A DNA stretch of 58,048 bases from a virus (lineage: Duplodnaviria; Heunggongvirae; Uroviricota; Caudoviricetes), in IMG/VR virus record IMGVR_UViG_3300020048_000033, positions 85,156 through 143,203 of that record; one strand, 5' to 3'. Positions 26,329 through 39,600 of this stretch are shown in pieces; within the stretch, counting starts at the first letter, position 1, and every line of letters begins with the position of its first letter. Both the position numbers and the translations under genes were made by a program. The notes below the pieces were generated by a model. That model made no database searches. It was not told the DNA's origin and saw only the letters and a list, made by a program, of their open reading frames with translations.

Positions 26329-28026
26329 TTAGTAATGATATTTATTATAAAGGTAAGCAACAAATTCCTTAACCGTTCTACATTTAGCTTTTTTCATCTC
26401 TTGTACAAATTTCTCAAAAGAGTCTCGGTTATAATCAGAGGTTTTATCATTATGAAGGTCACACTCTAATACAGCTATGAAATCTTTCATGTAGTCATTA
26501 TACCCTATAGCGTTGTCTAGGAGATTATAAGGAAATTCGTTAGGAAGTTTTTTAAGGTCTCCTTTATCAATTAAGTTTAATACCGCATCATAGTAAGTAT
26601 CCGTTTTAGATATATTAATTATTCCTTTAGATTTATTCTGAACTTTATAAGCCTCAATACTATCATAAAGATACAAGTTTATTCCTGAGGATTTACAGTA
26701 TTTTATTATTTCAGATACATTTGATTTTAATCTATCTTCAAGATTAAAATAACTTTCTTTCCCTACATTGTCTGTACCTACTAATATATGAATTTCCTTT
26801 ATATAACTCTTTGCATTAGGGATAGAAGGGCTATCAGAAAAAAGTCTATCCTCATTTTCATCATGGGTCATTTGTCTATTAAGAGTTTCTGGGGCATTTA
26901 AATCTGTTGGTCTAAACTCGGGTCCCCAATAATCTACGGGTGAACCTTTGTATCTTTGGTTTAATTTATCTCCATCAATAACAAGAGTTACTTGACCTAC
27001 ATTCAATTTAGATCTTGCATATCCACCAAGTTTATTTGTAGAAAATGACATGAAATAGAAATGTTTTGTTAGCTTATCTGAGTCAGTTCCTACATTGGAT
27101 GTAAGTCTAAACTTATTAGATTTAAGAATATCTAAACATCTATCAGTCCAAGTAGCATGATAAACTATTTTAGAGATTGATTCTTTTAAGTTTTCCTGTT
27201 TATTCATTAAACTTTCAAACTTAATAATTTTAGGTTCAAATGACATAAAAGGTTCACCTTCATAATGGAAGTGGGACAGTGCGAAAAGCTCTGCAAACTT
27301 TTCTTCATCTGACCATCCATCTGTCCTTGAATACTTTGTTGTTATCCATTCAGAATTGGTGTAATCAAAATCTACTTTATTATCTTTTAGGAATCGATGA
27401 CCCAATTCATGTAATACTACATATACAAAAGATGCGTACTTATCCCCTTGGATTACTTTATCAGGTCTTACAAGAATTACATCTCGTTCTGTTTTATAAG
27501 TAGCTCCTGCGTTAGTTTGTTCTTTCTTAACAAAAACTATTTTTAAGTTCCCCAAAGCTTTTCTATGAAAACCTTTTAAGGTTGACAAGAATGAATCAAT
27601 ATATTCTGAGTTTTCTTTAAAGTTTTTAAAGCTTATAATAGATTCGTTTAGGTATGTAGAATTTTTTAAGTTAAGTTCTGTAGGTTCCTTATTTTCAATG
27701 GCTAATTTATCATGAAGAGTCGAAAGTATCTCGGGTGACATTCTACTTAATGTGGCTTTAATATTTCCTGTAGCTGAGAGGGCTATTGATGTATCTCCAT
27801 TATAAAACGTATCAATACTTTCAAGCTGTTTAACTAAAAAAATTAAGTTTTGGTATTCTTTTATAAGACCTCTAGGGGATTTACCTTGTTTAAGATTAAT
27901 CTCATCTATATATCTTTTTAATAGATTGTAGGATTCTTTACTTCCATCAAAGTTTGGGAGGTCTTTAAATTCTGTAAATGTTGTCAATGATTCATAAATT
28001 CTTTTAAACTCTATATTATATTTCAT
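26329..28026 (-). CDS. multidomain protein: zincin (HEXXH) + ADP-ribosyltransferase-like domain
   Basis: VLHELGHRF...EEKFAELF; IVYHAT...FMSFST...ENEDRL. Confidence 0.6.
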   Translation of the reverse strand: MKYNIEFKRIYESLTTFTEFKDLPNFDGSKESYNLLKRYIDEINLKQGKSPRGLIKEYQNLIFLVKQLESIDTFYNGDTSIALSATGNIKATLSRMSPEILSTLHDKLAIENKEPTELNLKNSTYLNESIISFKNFKENSEYIDSFLSTLKGFHRKALGNLKIVFVKKEQTNAGATYKTERDVILVRPDKVIQGDKYASFVYVVLHELGHRFLKDNKVDFDYTNSEWITTKYSRTDGWSDEEKFAELFALSHFHYEGEPFMSFEPKIIKFESLMNKQENLKESISKIVYHATWTDRCLDILKSNKFRLTSNVGTDSDKLTKHFYFMSFSTNKLGGYARSKLNVGQVTLVIDGDKLNQRYKGSPVDYWGPEFRPTDLNAPETLNRQMTHDENEDRLFSDSPSIPNAKSYIKEIHILVGTDNVGKESYFNLEDRLKSNVSEIIKYCKSSGINLYLYDSIEAYKVQNKSKGIINISKTDTYYDAVLNLIDKGDLKKLPNEFPYNLLDNAIGYNDYMKDFIAVLECDLHNDKTSDYNRDSFEKFVQEMKKAKCRTVKEFVAYLYNKYHY

Positions 28027-28030
28027 AATA

Positions 28031-28072
28031 AGTTAGTTGAATATTTTTGGAACTTGTATATTACAACTAATT
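28031..28072. promoter_or_regulatory. divergent pair of candidate late promoters (AACTAACT on minus, AACTAATT on plus)
   Basis: Between divergent genes 28026(-) and 28112(+); the motif recurs before many structural genes. Confidence 0.55.
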
Positions 28073-28111
28073 TAGATATACAAGATTAAAATAGGCTTAA
28101 AGGATGATACC

Positions 28112-30649
28112 ATGAAGAGATTCGACAGTTCGGCAATAAAAGCTAGACTACTTAAAAGATTAAGAATAAATGAATCATGGGCAAATATTTCAGAGAATAG
28201 TACAATATCCAGTATATTGGATGTTACTGCTGAAGGGTTTGCTGAAAATGCAAGATACATAGAATATCTTCTAAATGAGAAAAAATGGAAACATGCTACA
28301 AATATGTCAAGTCTTACGTCTATGGGAGACTTAATCTGTAGAAAAAAACAGCTTTCAAAGTCAGCAATTGGGTATGTTCTTGTTTCACATACTGATGAAG
28401 ATGGTAATGATAGGCTATCAAATTTAGGTAGATACTTTTTCGATATAGATGACTCATCAAATTATGATGATTTAACAAAGTCCTCTGGGTCTACTGTACA
28501 GGAAGAAAAAGCTCTTGTTCCTTGGACATCCGATAACATATATACAATTCCAAAAGGAACCCTATTTACTTCAACCAGTGGAGTATCTTTTATTTCAACT
28601 GTTGCGGTAAAGTCTCGCACTATAAAAGAACGGTGGTCAGATATTCAATCAGACGAGATAAAATTAAAAGCTTTTTATTCTTCTGGTGGATGGAGTGGAA
28701 TTAAATATGTAAAGGTTCCTGTAATCCAAGGTATATTAAAGTCTACAAGTTTGGGAACATCTTCAGGAGAAAAATATGAATCCTTTTTACTATCAGTTAA
28801 TGATATGGAAGACGCTTCAAATACTATCTCCACAAAGTATCTTAAGTTTATAGTTACCCTTTCTACAGGGGCTGTTGAAGAGTGGGTTCAAATTAGAAAG
28901 ATTGATTTGGCTGGACCTTATGATAAGGTGTTTGAGATTATCCCTCAAGCAGACGATTCGGTTATTTTCAAAGTAGGAAATGGAATTTGTGGAAAACTTC
29001 TACCTGCATCCAGTAAAATCTCTGTTAACTATCTTGAGACATTAGGGCTTGCGGGATGTATTAGTTCTAAGTACCAAGTCTCCTCAATGGAGTTTCCAGC
29101 AGGGTATCAAATGATAGACCCGAGAACTCAAACTTCTAAAGCATTTTTAAGCTGTACAAACGTTACGCCTATTTTAGGAGGAACAGGAAGTGAGGATGAG
29201 GAGTCTTATAGAACAAATGCTCCAAAGAGTTATTTGACTTCCTACGCAATTGCTACAGCAAATTCTTACACTGAACAAATTAAGAAAAAATCCCCAGTTT
29301 CTATCTTAAAACTTAAAGTTTTTCCTTCTGAGTCTGCGTCTTTCGAGCAAACTAATTTGTCCTCAAGCGTTTCAGAAGATAGTCAAGTATTGAATGAGAT
29401 ATCCACTATAAAGAATGTTCTTAACATAACTGCAATAAGTTCGGATGGCACCAGTATAGAGAATGCTCAAACTGCATTTATTGATCCTATACTTCAATCT
29501 ATTGGTGATATAAAAGGTCCTAATGATTCCCTTGCATACCTTGAACCAAACTTTATTAAAATGGCAGTAAATATTAAGGTTAAAACCGATAATCTTACAG
29601 TATCGGACTCTGAAATCGAGAAAAGTGTAACCGAAAGTATTCTTCTAAAATATGGTATTTACAATACTGATTTTAAAACCCCTTTAAGAAGTTCTGTAAT
29701 TATCTCAAAAGCTAAGTCTTTTGATTTTTCAACTTCAATAGACTTATTATTAGAATCCATTGCTACTACAAAGTATGAAAACCTTACTTTAGAAACTACC
29801 TCAAATAACTCAGAGGTTGTTGCAATACCTTTCTCTTTTGATAGAGTTTTTGCAGTAGATCAAAATAAAAGAGGTTTTAAGAATTATAAACAATCAAACC
29901 CCTATCTTCTTAAAGTTCAAGTTTCTTGGAAAAATGATGTTTCTAAAACAGACAAAAATAGAACTTTGTTTCTCTATGATGAAAGAAATCGTCAGTCAAA
30001 ATCTTCTACAATTGAAGAGTCAAAAGTTAGCAATGACCTTTCTGTATATACAAAGGATATCATTATTAATAGTGCAGATTTAGGTCAATCAATTGTTTTC
30101 TATGATGAGACAAAAGAAAACTTTGGGAGTAGGTATGTAAGGGTGGCTCAATTCCCTTTTATTAAAGATATTACTTTTGATACTTTTATGGTTAAAGCAA
30201 AAAGTTTTTCAAACTCTCCTCTTGAGATAAGACCTTATTCAATTGATTCATCCGGTAAGAATCAAGTCTTCTTGACAGAAAATGTTGGCACTTCCTTGCA
30301 GGTTACTACTACTGGGGATGGAACTGTTTGTTATAAAAAAGATACCCGATTTATAGATTATGTAGATATTATTTTTAAGGAAAACTATGATAATTACACT
30401 TCTACAGATTACGCAACAGGCTTCATTCTATTACCTCTAAGTTATTTTAACTTTGAGTCTGCACTTTCTGTAGCTAACTCAACCTCAAAAAAAGTTGAAT
30501 TATTACGTCAGTTAGTAAAAAACTTTGTTAATATAAAGGTATATGCTAGACCCTTAGCCTCTGATATAGACCCGGAAAATTGGGTAGACTTTGTAAGTGT
30601 TGATGAAAACGAAATAATAGTTGAACGTGAAAATATTGTGATTAGCTAA
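28112..30649 (+). CDS. baseplate wedge subunit (T4 gp6 / baseplate J-like)
   Basis: SSLTSMGDLICRKKQLSKSAIG, IPKGTLFTS, FKVGNGICG, GGTGSEDEESYRTNAP motifs. Confidence 0.8.
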   Translation: MKRFDSSAIKARLLKRLRINESWANISENSTISSILDVTAEGFAENARYIEYLLNEKKWKHATNMSSLTSMGDLICRKKQLSKSAIGYVLVSHTDEDGNDRLSNLGRYFFDIDDSSNYDDLTKSSGSTVQEEKALVPWTSDNIYTIPKGTLFTSTSGVSFISTVAVKSRTIKERWSDIQSDEIKLKAFYSSGGWSGIKYVKVPVIQGILKSTSLGTSSGEKYESFLLSVNDMEDASNTISTKYLKFIVTLSTGAVEEWVQIRKIDLAGPYDKVFEIIPQADDSVIFKVGNGICGKLLPASSKISVNYLETLGLAGCISSKYQVSSMEFPAGYQMIDPRTQTSKAFLSCTNVTPILGGTGSEDEESYRTNAPKSYLTSYAIATANSYTEQIKKKSPVSILKLKVFPSESASFEQTNLSSSVSEDSQVLNEISTIKNVLNITAISSDGTSIENAQTAFIDPILQSIGDIKGPNDSLAYLEPNFIKMAVNIKVKTDNLTVSDSEIEKSVTESILLKYGIYNTDFKTPLRSSVIISKAKSFDFSTSIDLLLESIATTKYENLTLETTSNNSEVVAIPFSFDRVFAVDQNKRGFKNYKQSNPYLLKVQVSWKNDVSKTDKNRTLFLYDERNRQSKSSTIEESKVSNDLSVYTKDIIINSADLGQSIVFYDETKENFGSRYVRVAQFPFIKDITFDTFMVKAKSFSNSPLEIRPYSIDSSGKNQVFLTENVGTSLQVTTTGDGTVCYKKDTRFIDYVDIIFKENYDNYTSTDYATGFILLPLSYFNFESALSVANSTSKKVELLRQLVKNFVNIKVYARPLASDIDPENWVDFVSVDENEIIVERENIVIS

Positions 30650-30682
30650 AAGCAACTAATTTAGTAATACGAATTTTAGGAT

Positions 30683-33600
30683 GTGAATTTAATGGAATAC
30701 TTTACCTCAAATAGTGAGTTTGATCTTGTTAAAAGGGTACAAATTACAAATGAAACCCCTGTATATAATTTATTTGAAGGGGTAAACTCCGTCCTTAGGA
30801 ATGATTTCTGGAGTTGGTACTTGGGTACCCAATCGGTTGACTGGGATCTTGTAAATGGTATATATGATAGTGAATTAGAAGACACCTATTTCAAAAGTAT
30901 TAATGGTGCTCTCTCAACATCCTTTGGTCCAAAAGCAACTCAAAAAAATCCTAATCCTACATTTCATAAAATGAAGTTAACTGGTACCCTTACCCCCGAG
31001 TTTGATTTACTCTTACATGAGGTATATAGATATCTGGATACCCTGTATCCAGATCATTATGATTATACTGAAATACTTACTCCAAATGAATTAAACTCTA
31101 TGATAAGCAATGCTTCTGCAATTGTTGACTATTCACCTAATCTTAAGTTTTTTGACTTATTGAGTAAGTCCTTTGGTATAACATCTAATGGAGTTATTGA
31201 CAAGGAAGCCCTTAAACTTAAAATCCGAGACTTAAAGTCTAATGCTTTTAGAAGAAAGTTTTATGGTTCTAAACTTGGGTATAAGATGTTTGGATCTTCT
31301 GTTTTTAATAATATTTCAATTTTCCCTCTAGGTACGTATCTACCTCTATCTCCCGAAGATATCATTAATAACACTTATCAGGACTTGCCCCCATCTTCAC
31401 ATAATATAAATGTAAGATCAAACCTGTATAAAAATAAGTTTAAACTTATTGATTGGACAGGAGAGAGTAGACAAGTTTCCTCTGAACTAGATAATAATAT
31501 CTATTGTAAATTTTATTCAGTTCCTTGCTTTGACTATCAGGTATTTCTCCTTTCAGAAAATAATGGTGACTTAGAAGAATTTAATAGTATAAACTCAAAC
31601 AACTATTTTGTCTCAGACCATTTTGATTTAAATGATACCGTTTATATTCGTAACAAAACTACCTCCTTGGTAAAAAGTTCTAAAACCATAACTGATACGT
31701 TAATCTCCACTTATGAGAACTCAACACGCCCATTAAACTTTCTAACTCTCTCTAAAAGATGTCCTATTAAATATACAACTTCTTATTTACTTGGAACATG
31801 GAATGACTTTTTTGCTTCGCTTACTCCAAGTGATATAACCTTAATGCGAGATACTCTTGCTGATAGCTTTGACACGTTCGTTAATATTGCAAGCAGGTCT
31901 TTAAATGTAACCGCTACAAACTCTGTTGAGTTTCTCTATAGAATTTTCAATAGAATAAATGATGTAAACTCAGATGCATCTATCGCAAAGTTTAAGAACT
32001 TCAAGAGTGTTTCAAGCCCCTATAATACGGGTCTTCTATTTGTAGAACCCTCAACAGTATTAGATATGTATACCGAGGGATATTCTGCACATATTATATT
32101 TTCCCAGAATGGGGATTTCCTTGGTTATGAAACAGATGCACCAACTATAAGCCAAAACTCTACAATTAATATTGGAGATGTTATCTCAACCTCAAATTTC
32201 TCTGAAGGTTTTGATGAAAAACACTCTTTAATAAAAGTTAGTTCTCTTAACTTAGGTGAAGTATATTTCACCTCTAATCCTGTATCTTCTTATTTACAAG
32301 ACCCAAGCATTGGATTTAATTGTCCCGAGGTATTAGAATCAAGTTCTATTTATGGGGCACTTCTCCTATCACAAGATGGGGAGACTCGTGTTTTTGTCCA
32401 AGGAGAATTAAACCTAAAAGTAAAAACACAATCACTCTATACAGTACCTAATGGTGGAAAGTTTTCCATTACCGCAATACCCGAAAACCTAACAGATGAG
32501 CTATGTAAATTAATTTATCCTTTACCGTACAATGATATTATGGAAAAACTGTTTGAACAGCAAGGGCTTCTTTTAATTGATTCAAGAAGAGTTGAGGCAC
32601 AAGCTGAAATAGATAAACTTAATTCAGAGTTAACCTTCTTAAAAATTAATAGAGCAAAACTCATTGAAGTAGGTAACTCAGAAACTAACGAGGAAACTTT
32701 CTCAATTTTTACGGGATGTTTCATAGAGAAGTTTTATAAAATCTTTGGGGATTTTACCGAGATAGTAAATAGTGAAGGTGTTTACTTTTGGCATGAGATG
32801 ATTACTTACTACGGAGCACTCATAGACTATATTGATTTTGGTACATACTCTGTACTTCCCATAATCTCTTATGGCTCGGTTGCTACCAACACGAATAATG
32901 GATTTTTTGCTGAGGTAAAAACTGAAACTATTACTGGACAAAAGTTTCAATACTTGGATTTAATTGAATCCTATATTACTAAGTCCAATAGTTTCTTACT
33001 TACAGAAAAGACTCCGGGATTTCTTACTGAAACCACAAAAAAACAATTCTCATATACCTCAATAGGTAATAACTCTACAATTTCAGATATTGTTTCTTAT
33101 GATATTGAAATTGAGGGAACAGTAGTAGACTCGGATGACGAGAGAGTTACAATCAAATTTTCTACAGAAGCTTCTATTCATGATATGCAAAGTCTCACCA
33201 TTGGTGATAAACTTTTTGGCGCAGGAGTTAAAGCAGGGACGTATGTAATTGATATTGGGGACGACTTTATTACTGTAAGTGATAAACTTCTTAAAGATGG
33301 CGATATTCTATTTACCTTTACAGTAAGCTTTTCTTGTGCAGGAAAAGATTTATCAGATGAGTTTGATTTTTATAGAACTCAACTCAAAGATACGGGACTT
33401 TTAAAATTGGCTAACCCCTTTGAGAATGGTGTTTGGCCCTCAGCAGAATGGCCCAGAGTATCAAGTTCTTTTGTTGAGGGTCTAGTAGATGTATCACTAT
33501 TTAATATATATGAACCTACTTTCTACCGAGTAATGAAAGGTACTCACTCGAAAGAACTAAGTTATAATGGAGTAAGTCCTTCCAATTATCTAATACCCTC

Positions 33601-36600
33601 AACTATAAAGTTTAATAACGATTTGTTTGCAGAGATAAATCTTAATAGAACTATCCCTTTAGAGAATCGAATGGGTTCTAAATTAAATCTTTGTAATGTT
33701 GAGTTTATAGATTACATCACCAACTCTCTTAGTGATATATCCAGAGGTACCGATATAGTTAATTGTGGAACTCAGCTATCAATGCAAACTGATATTTCTG
33801 GGTACTTTACTCAAGTAGCTGGTCAGACATATACCGACCCTTCCATTAAACTTTATTTTCAAACCTTTAATAGTGAAGATGGATTAAAGATTCCAAGTTA
33901 TGCTCAAATAGGTTCTAATGGTAATGGAAGATATAACTGGTTCAAGTCCTCTGATGATAATGTATCACCAATGGTCTATGGAGGATCTTTCTTCGACGGT
34001 CAAATTGATGGGTTGGAGAATAAATACACTGACCTAATAACCAACAAAGGTATATTCAGTAAACGTTCGGTTTGGGCTTCCAGAACTGAGACAGAACTTG
34101 GTGCAAAAGACAACTCATTGAATGAAATGCGTTATGTAGAAAAAGCTCTTTTTGAAATTGCATTAGGGGAATATGATATTCAATATTCCTTTGCAGAGGA
34201 ATCTAATCTATCAAATAAGACGCACACTATTCAGTGTAATTTCTATCGTCAAAAGTATGATAATCTTAAATTTATTATTGAGAGTTCTGAGAAAGAAGCA
34301 ATAAAACTTATTTCTAATAAGTTTGAAAACTTAAATATACTAACAGAAATAAATAAGAGTTCTATTATTGAGGACACCACGGGAGTTCAACCCTATAAAC
34401 TAGGAATAAACAACTTAAACAAGTTTTATCTCAATGAGATAGTTTATTGCGGAGTTTGGGAACCAACTGTCTACAACAACTCTGTAGTATATCCGACTAT
34501 TGAACAGAATTATATTGATAATATTGACACCACCCTTTTTTACTTTACCGTTGAAAATGGTAAAACCCTCAATTTCAATAACGGACTGACTACACTTAAA
34601 ATTGAAAATAATAGTTTGCTCATATTTACGAAAAACGCTTTAGGTGGATTTTACTGGAAACCTACAAACTTTGTTCTTGGTGGATCAAATTATCCTACAG
34701 CAATTCAAAGTGATACGGTTCAAGCTAAAGACTCTTTTAATATTATGTGTAAAAATATTTCAGGAAACTATTTTGTTGACTCTTCTTCAACAGTGGTAAT
34801 AGATACTGTAGACTTATTTAAGTCAAACTTTTCTACCTACTCACAAGATATAACAAACCTTTTTGATGAATCAAAATGCTATGTATATGTTTGTTTATTT
34901 GATGGACTCGATAAAAATGGTGGAACAGCTTATGACACAAGTAAGTCAACGGTCTTCTCAGCAGGTTCCTATATTGCAGTTATCTATGATAAATACTGTG
35001 ACCAACTTAGATTCTTTAAGTTAAACACAAATACTCGGTTTGTTTCTTCTCTACAATTTGATATGCCACCAAAGATGAGCATTACGGAGTTTAGATTTTT
35101 GACTGGTGCTAATACACAGTTCTCTAATACCAACATTAGAAGCAAAGTTTCTAACTCAGTAGCATCGATTGAATTACCGAAGCCTTTCTTAACCAATGGT
35201 TCAGTTGACATAAAAGTAATTGTTGATGGAGGATTTATATCTAAAGGTTATCGCTTGGTTAACTCTCAAGTGGATGAAAGCAACATAGTTTATTTTAATA
35301 TTTCTAATTCTGCTATTTACTATGATTCAGTATTAGGGTATTTCTATGTTCAAAGCTTTGAGTATAAAAGTGTAGAAGGTACTTATGTTAAATTCGGAAC
35401 AACTCTTGAAAACTTCTATATTTATTTTTCAGACCCAAGCTATTTTAAAAATACTCTAAAAAATTATGGAACCTATAAGCTTGAAAAAACACAAACATCA
35501 GGAAGTTCTCTTGTTGATTATTCTCCAGTTGTTTCTCAAATAGAAGGCTTTACATCCTTGTTTGATAAACTTTCAAATGAAGATGTTATTCTACAAGTTA
35601 AAGAAGTAATAACTAGAAGTTTCTATAATGCTCTTTATAATAATATCGGGTTTGACACACATACTAAACTTAGTGTTGATGTAAGTTCGGTGAACTCAGA
35701 TTTTACGCAATTTATCGTTGTTCCCTCAAGCACTGATACTTTGTCTCAAATTGACTTAAAAACTAAAATAAATAATTTATGGCCCTCAAGTGTTGTTGAC
35801 AATGAGTCCACTTTAGTTTTTGATAAAGAAGTTGAAATTGATTCAGACGGTGTAGAAATTATTTCAGACATTCTCTTAAGAAATTTCGGAGTTGAAGAAA
35901 CATATAAATGTCCTAAGCTTTCTAATGTAATTGGAAATGTTTCAAGTGATTCTATTACTCAAGAGACTACTGATACTTCCTCTATGGAGATTGTTGAAAA
36001 CAAGTTTTTTAAGAACAATCTTGTTATGTTGGCATCGGTTAATCCTGAAAGCCCTAATAAGTTGGTTTCTTATGGAAATGAAAATATTTTTGCTAAGGTT
36101 CTCTCCACTATTCAAGCCAATGATTCAGTAGAAGCAATAGTTTCATTATCAAGTAATTTAGAAAACTCTAAAACAATTTCTATATCATTAAGAAATGCAT
36201 CATTTGCCCCTACAGGAATTTATCCTTTACCTACATACATAGCCTTCAATGGAACCACTTTTGTTGCAGGAACAAATGATGGATATGTATATTACAAGAA
36301 TGGAATTGATAGCTTGGCTTCTTTGGCTTCAGAAATAATACTTGATATTTCTCCAGTAAGAATTGGTTCGGGAAATCCTATATCTCCTGCAACTTATGGT
36401 TCAACTAATAGTTCTCTTCAAGTTATTGATTGGGATGATGATGAGAGTAAGTGGTTTTTCTCTTATGACTTAAAAAATGGTTCTGAAGAAATAACTGTAA
36501 TGTATGAATCAACATCTCTGCTATCCTTCAATTCTGCATATTCAGAAACAGAGGTTGTAAGTCTCCCTACAGACTTCAATATAAACAACTACGCATCAAA

Positions 36601-39600
36601 CCAAAGTATAAATGCATCAACAGGACTAACTCTTCCTGAAAATGTATTAGTAGAGGATTGGGTAGCTCATCCAACAAACCCTGTCGATGCTCAGAATGGT
36701 GCTGTTGCAAAAAAATCTTTTTACCGTGTAAATAAGCTTACTGGTGATAAAGTATTGATAAGAGGAAAATATATTTTCTTCAAGTCATATACCAAGACAA
36801 CTACAGGAGAGCTTACCTCAAAAAAATATTGGAAAAAAGCTGTTTTAAGTAGAGAGTACAATATAACAAAAATCTGGTTGGAACAACAAGGGGATAATGA
36901 GTTAAGATACGAAAGGGTTGTCCAAGCTCTTACTGGCATGAGAGAAATTCTTTTGGAACAGTACAATTATGTAAATGCAAATGTGGTTAATGCCGAGGTA
37001 AAGGCAACAACTATTTCTGCATATAATTTTATCAACTCAATGAGTATTGCAACCTATGAAAACTTTATTGTAGCCCTAGCATTGCCAGCAGGAGTATCTT
37101 ACTCGAATATCTATAAAGTTAGAATTCCAGAAACAACAACAGACTCAAACTATAGATTGGTTACTAACTCTACTTTTGCAAGTTTCTCAAATACTGTGGT
37201 AACTACCGATATAAATATCGTAGCTAAACCTTTCAGTTACAAATACTCTGACTATATCCCTGAGGGATCTCCTGATGGAATTGCTGATACTCAATCTGCA
37301 TACTTAGATTATTTGTCTGATATAAGTTCTTACATTCTTAATGATTCTCACAAGCAAGAAATAATTTCAGGTTACATTGACAGTGTTACCCTTACAAATT
37401 CTTTTCTTATACTAAAAACAACTTTTGATACAGTTTCTTACTTCCCTATCTCAAGCTCTTATAGTGTATCCGATATTGAAAATCATGAAAATTGGATTAC
37501 TGCACAAGCTATTAATAGTGACGTTATTTACAACTCAATTTCAAGTCCTGTTAATCTTTACGCAATATCTTCTACCGGTAAACTCGTTGTTCTGGGTACT
37601 GACGTTCAGAATAATGAAAAGCATATCTACGAGATAAACTCTTTTGCCACGAGTGAAGACACTAAAGTTATGGCAGGTTATTGGAGAAAGAAATCAGAGA
37701 TTACAGCCTATGAAGGTACTTCTGTAGTAGAAGATTCAAACCTCGTAACAAGAAAAAAATATATTCCTGCTTATAATTCACTGACTGATATTAATTATCC
37801 GTGTATTTTAGTATCCAAGGATGATGAAAACTTTCAACCTGCTTTTTTTGGTATATCAGTTAGTAACCCTACGAAGGAATATTCTATCGGGGTAGGATTC
37901 GCAGGTTATAAAGTAAATAAGGTTATTTATGAGAACGGAGAGTATAGAGCTTTCTTATCAAACTTCGCAGGAGTTCCTTACAACAATTATTTACGAGCTT
38001 TCTCAGATAATCTTAATAATTGGGATTGGGTAACACCTTCCAGTTCTGAGTATGTAACTCAATTTACAAACTCTAAGATTATACAATTCTCTGATGATGG
38101 AACAATTCCTTCCTCTGTAGTATTTAATCCTGCCTTGGTAGATGGTTCTGGCAATGTAACAGTTGTTGGAAATAAAAAGTTCTCCCTAACTTCCGCATAT
38201 GCTCTACTTGGTTCAGATATAAAAGTAAAGAGTGTAAACGATTCAAGTATTATTCTTGATCAAAATCTTATGTTAACTGCACGAGGTAAAGGAAATATTA
38301 ATGTCCTTCTTTCTGTAAAGACTATGGAATCTATTGTAAATCAAGCAGATTATTTAGATACAAACCTTTTATCAGAATGCATAAACTCAAAAGGTAATTT
38401 TAAGGTTGCTACAATTTCAGAAGTTCCCTCTTTCTACAATGCAGATAAAGTATATCAATATCGTGAAATGCTTTCTACCGAGGATCATGAAGAAAAAGTA
38501 TTAGTGCCTTTTGTTGCAGTAGATGGCTCAGTAACTCAAATAGTTACTACTCAATCCTTTATTGCACAAATATATGATGACACGTATTCTTATGGATATC
38601 CTTCTGTTGCAGAGGATGTTTCAGATATGTCTTTTTATGACTATACTTCTTACATAGACATAAATAATGATTTAGCTTATACCGTAAAACCCCTCACAAA
38701 TAGCAAAGGTAATAACATAATCCTTTGCAATGAAAACGGAGAGGTTTTAGTCAATAGGGAAGTTCAAGATATGGGAAAGAAAGTAATTTCTTTCTATGAA
38801 GAGTTTACTAACAACTCAAGCGTTTTAACCTACGCTCTTTTTGCAGGAAGCTTAAAATACTCCTCAGTTAATGAGGCTTCTAAATATGGCGTAAAGATAA
38901 AGAACAATGCACTTACCTATCTTTTCAATGAACTAAACTTAAGCATTACTCAAATGAATAATGACTTGAACAATCCCTTCATGAAAATAAAGTCCAGTAA
39001 CACTTTGTTACCTGCCATAACGGAGTTTCTGTATAGCTTTGATTCAGAAAATATAGCTAAATATATTTCTGATTATAGGATATTGGATATAAACACTTAT
39101 ACCTATGACTCTGATGGTAATATTACAAACACTATAACAGTACCTGTTGAAGACCAGTATGAAAACTTAAATGGGTTTATATACGACTCGATTAACAACC
39201 GATTCAATTTTAAGGGGAAAATTAATCTTACCTCAAGTGTAACTGTTCCATATGTTTTCTTCGGAACAGATGTTAAGGTTTCCTATAACCCTAGCATTAA
39301 AACAAACTCGTCAGGGGTTCTTACATTAAATGATTCCTTATCCGGTATTTATATGAATAACCTTGGATACGGTGGAAACTCTACAAATCTGGATGAAACT
39401 TTCTCAACCCTTCCTTGGAGTATTGATACAGACGCTTTCTTAGAAATGGATCTATATAATTCATTTGGTGAACCTGTATACCTTGTAAGTAAGTATGGTG
39501 AAAAAATAAATCATGATGAGGGAACCTTGTTTGTAAATCCAAACTCAGGAAGTGTCCCTGTTACCTATGAAGATATGAAATACTCAACAAAGACAATTGT

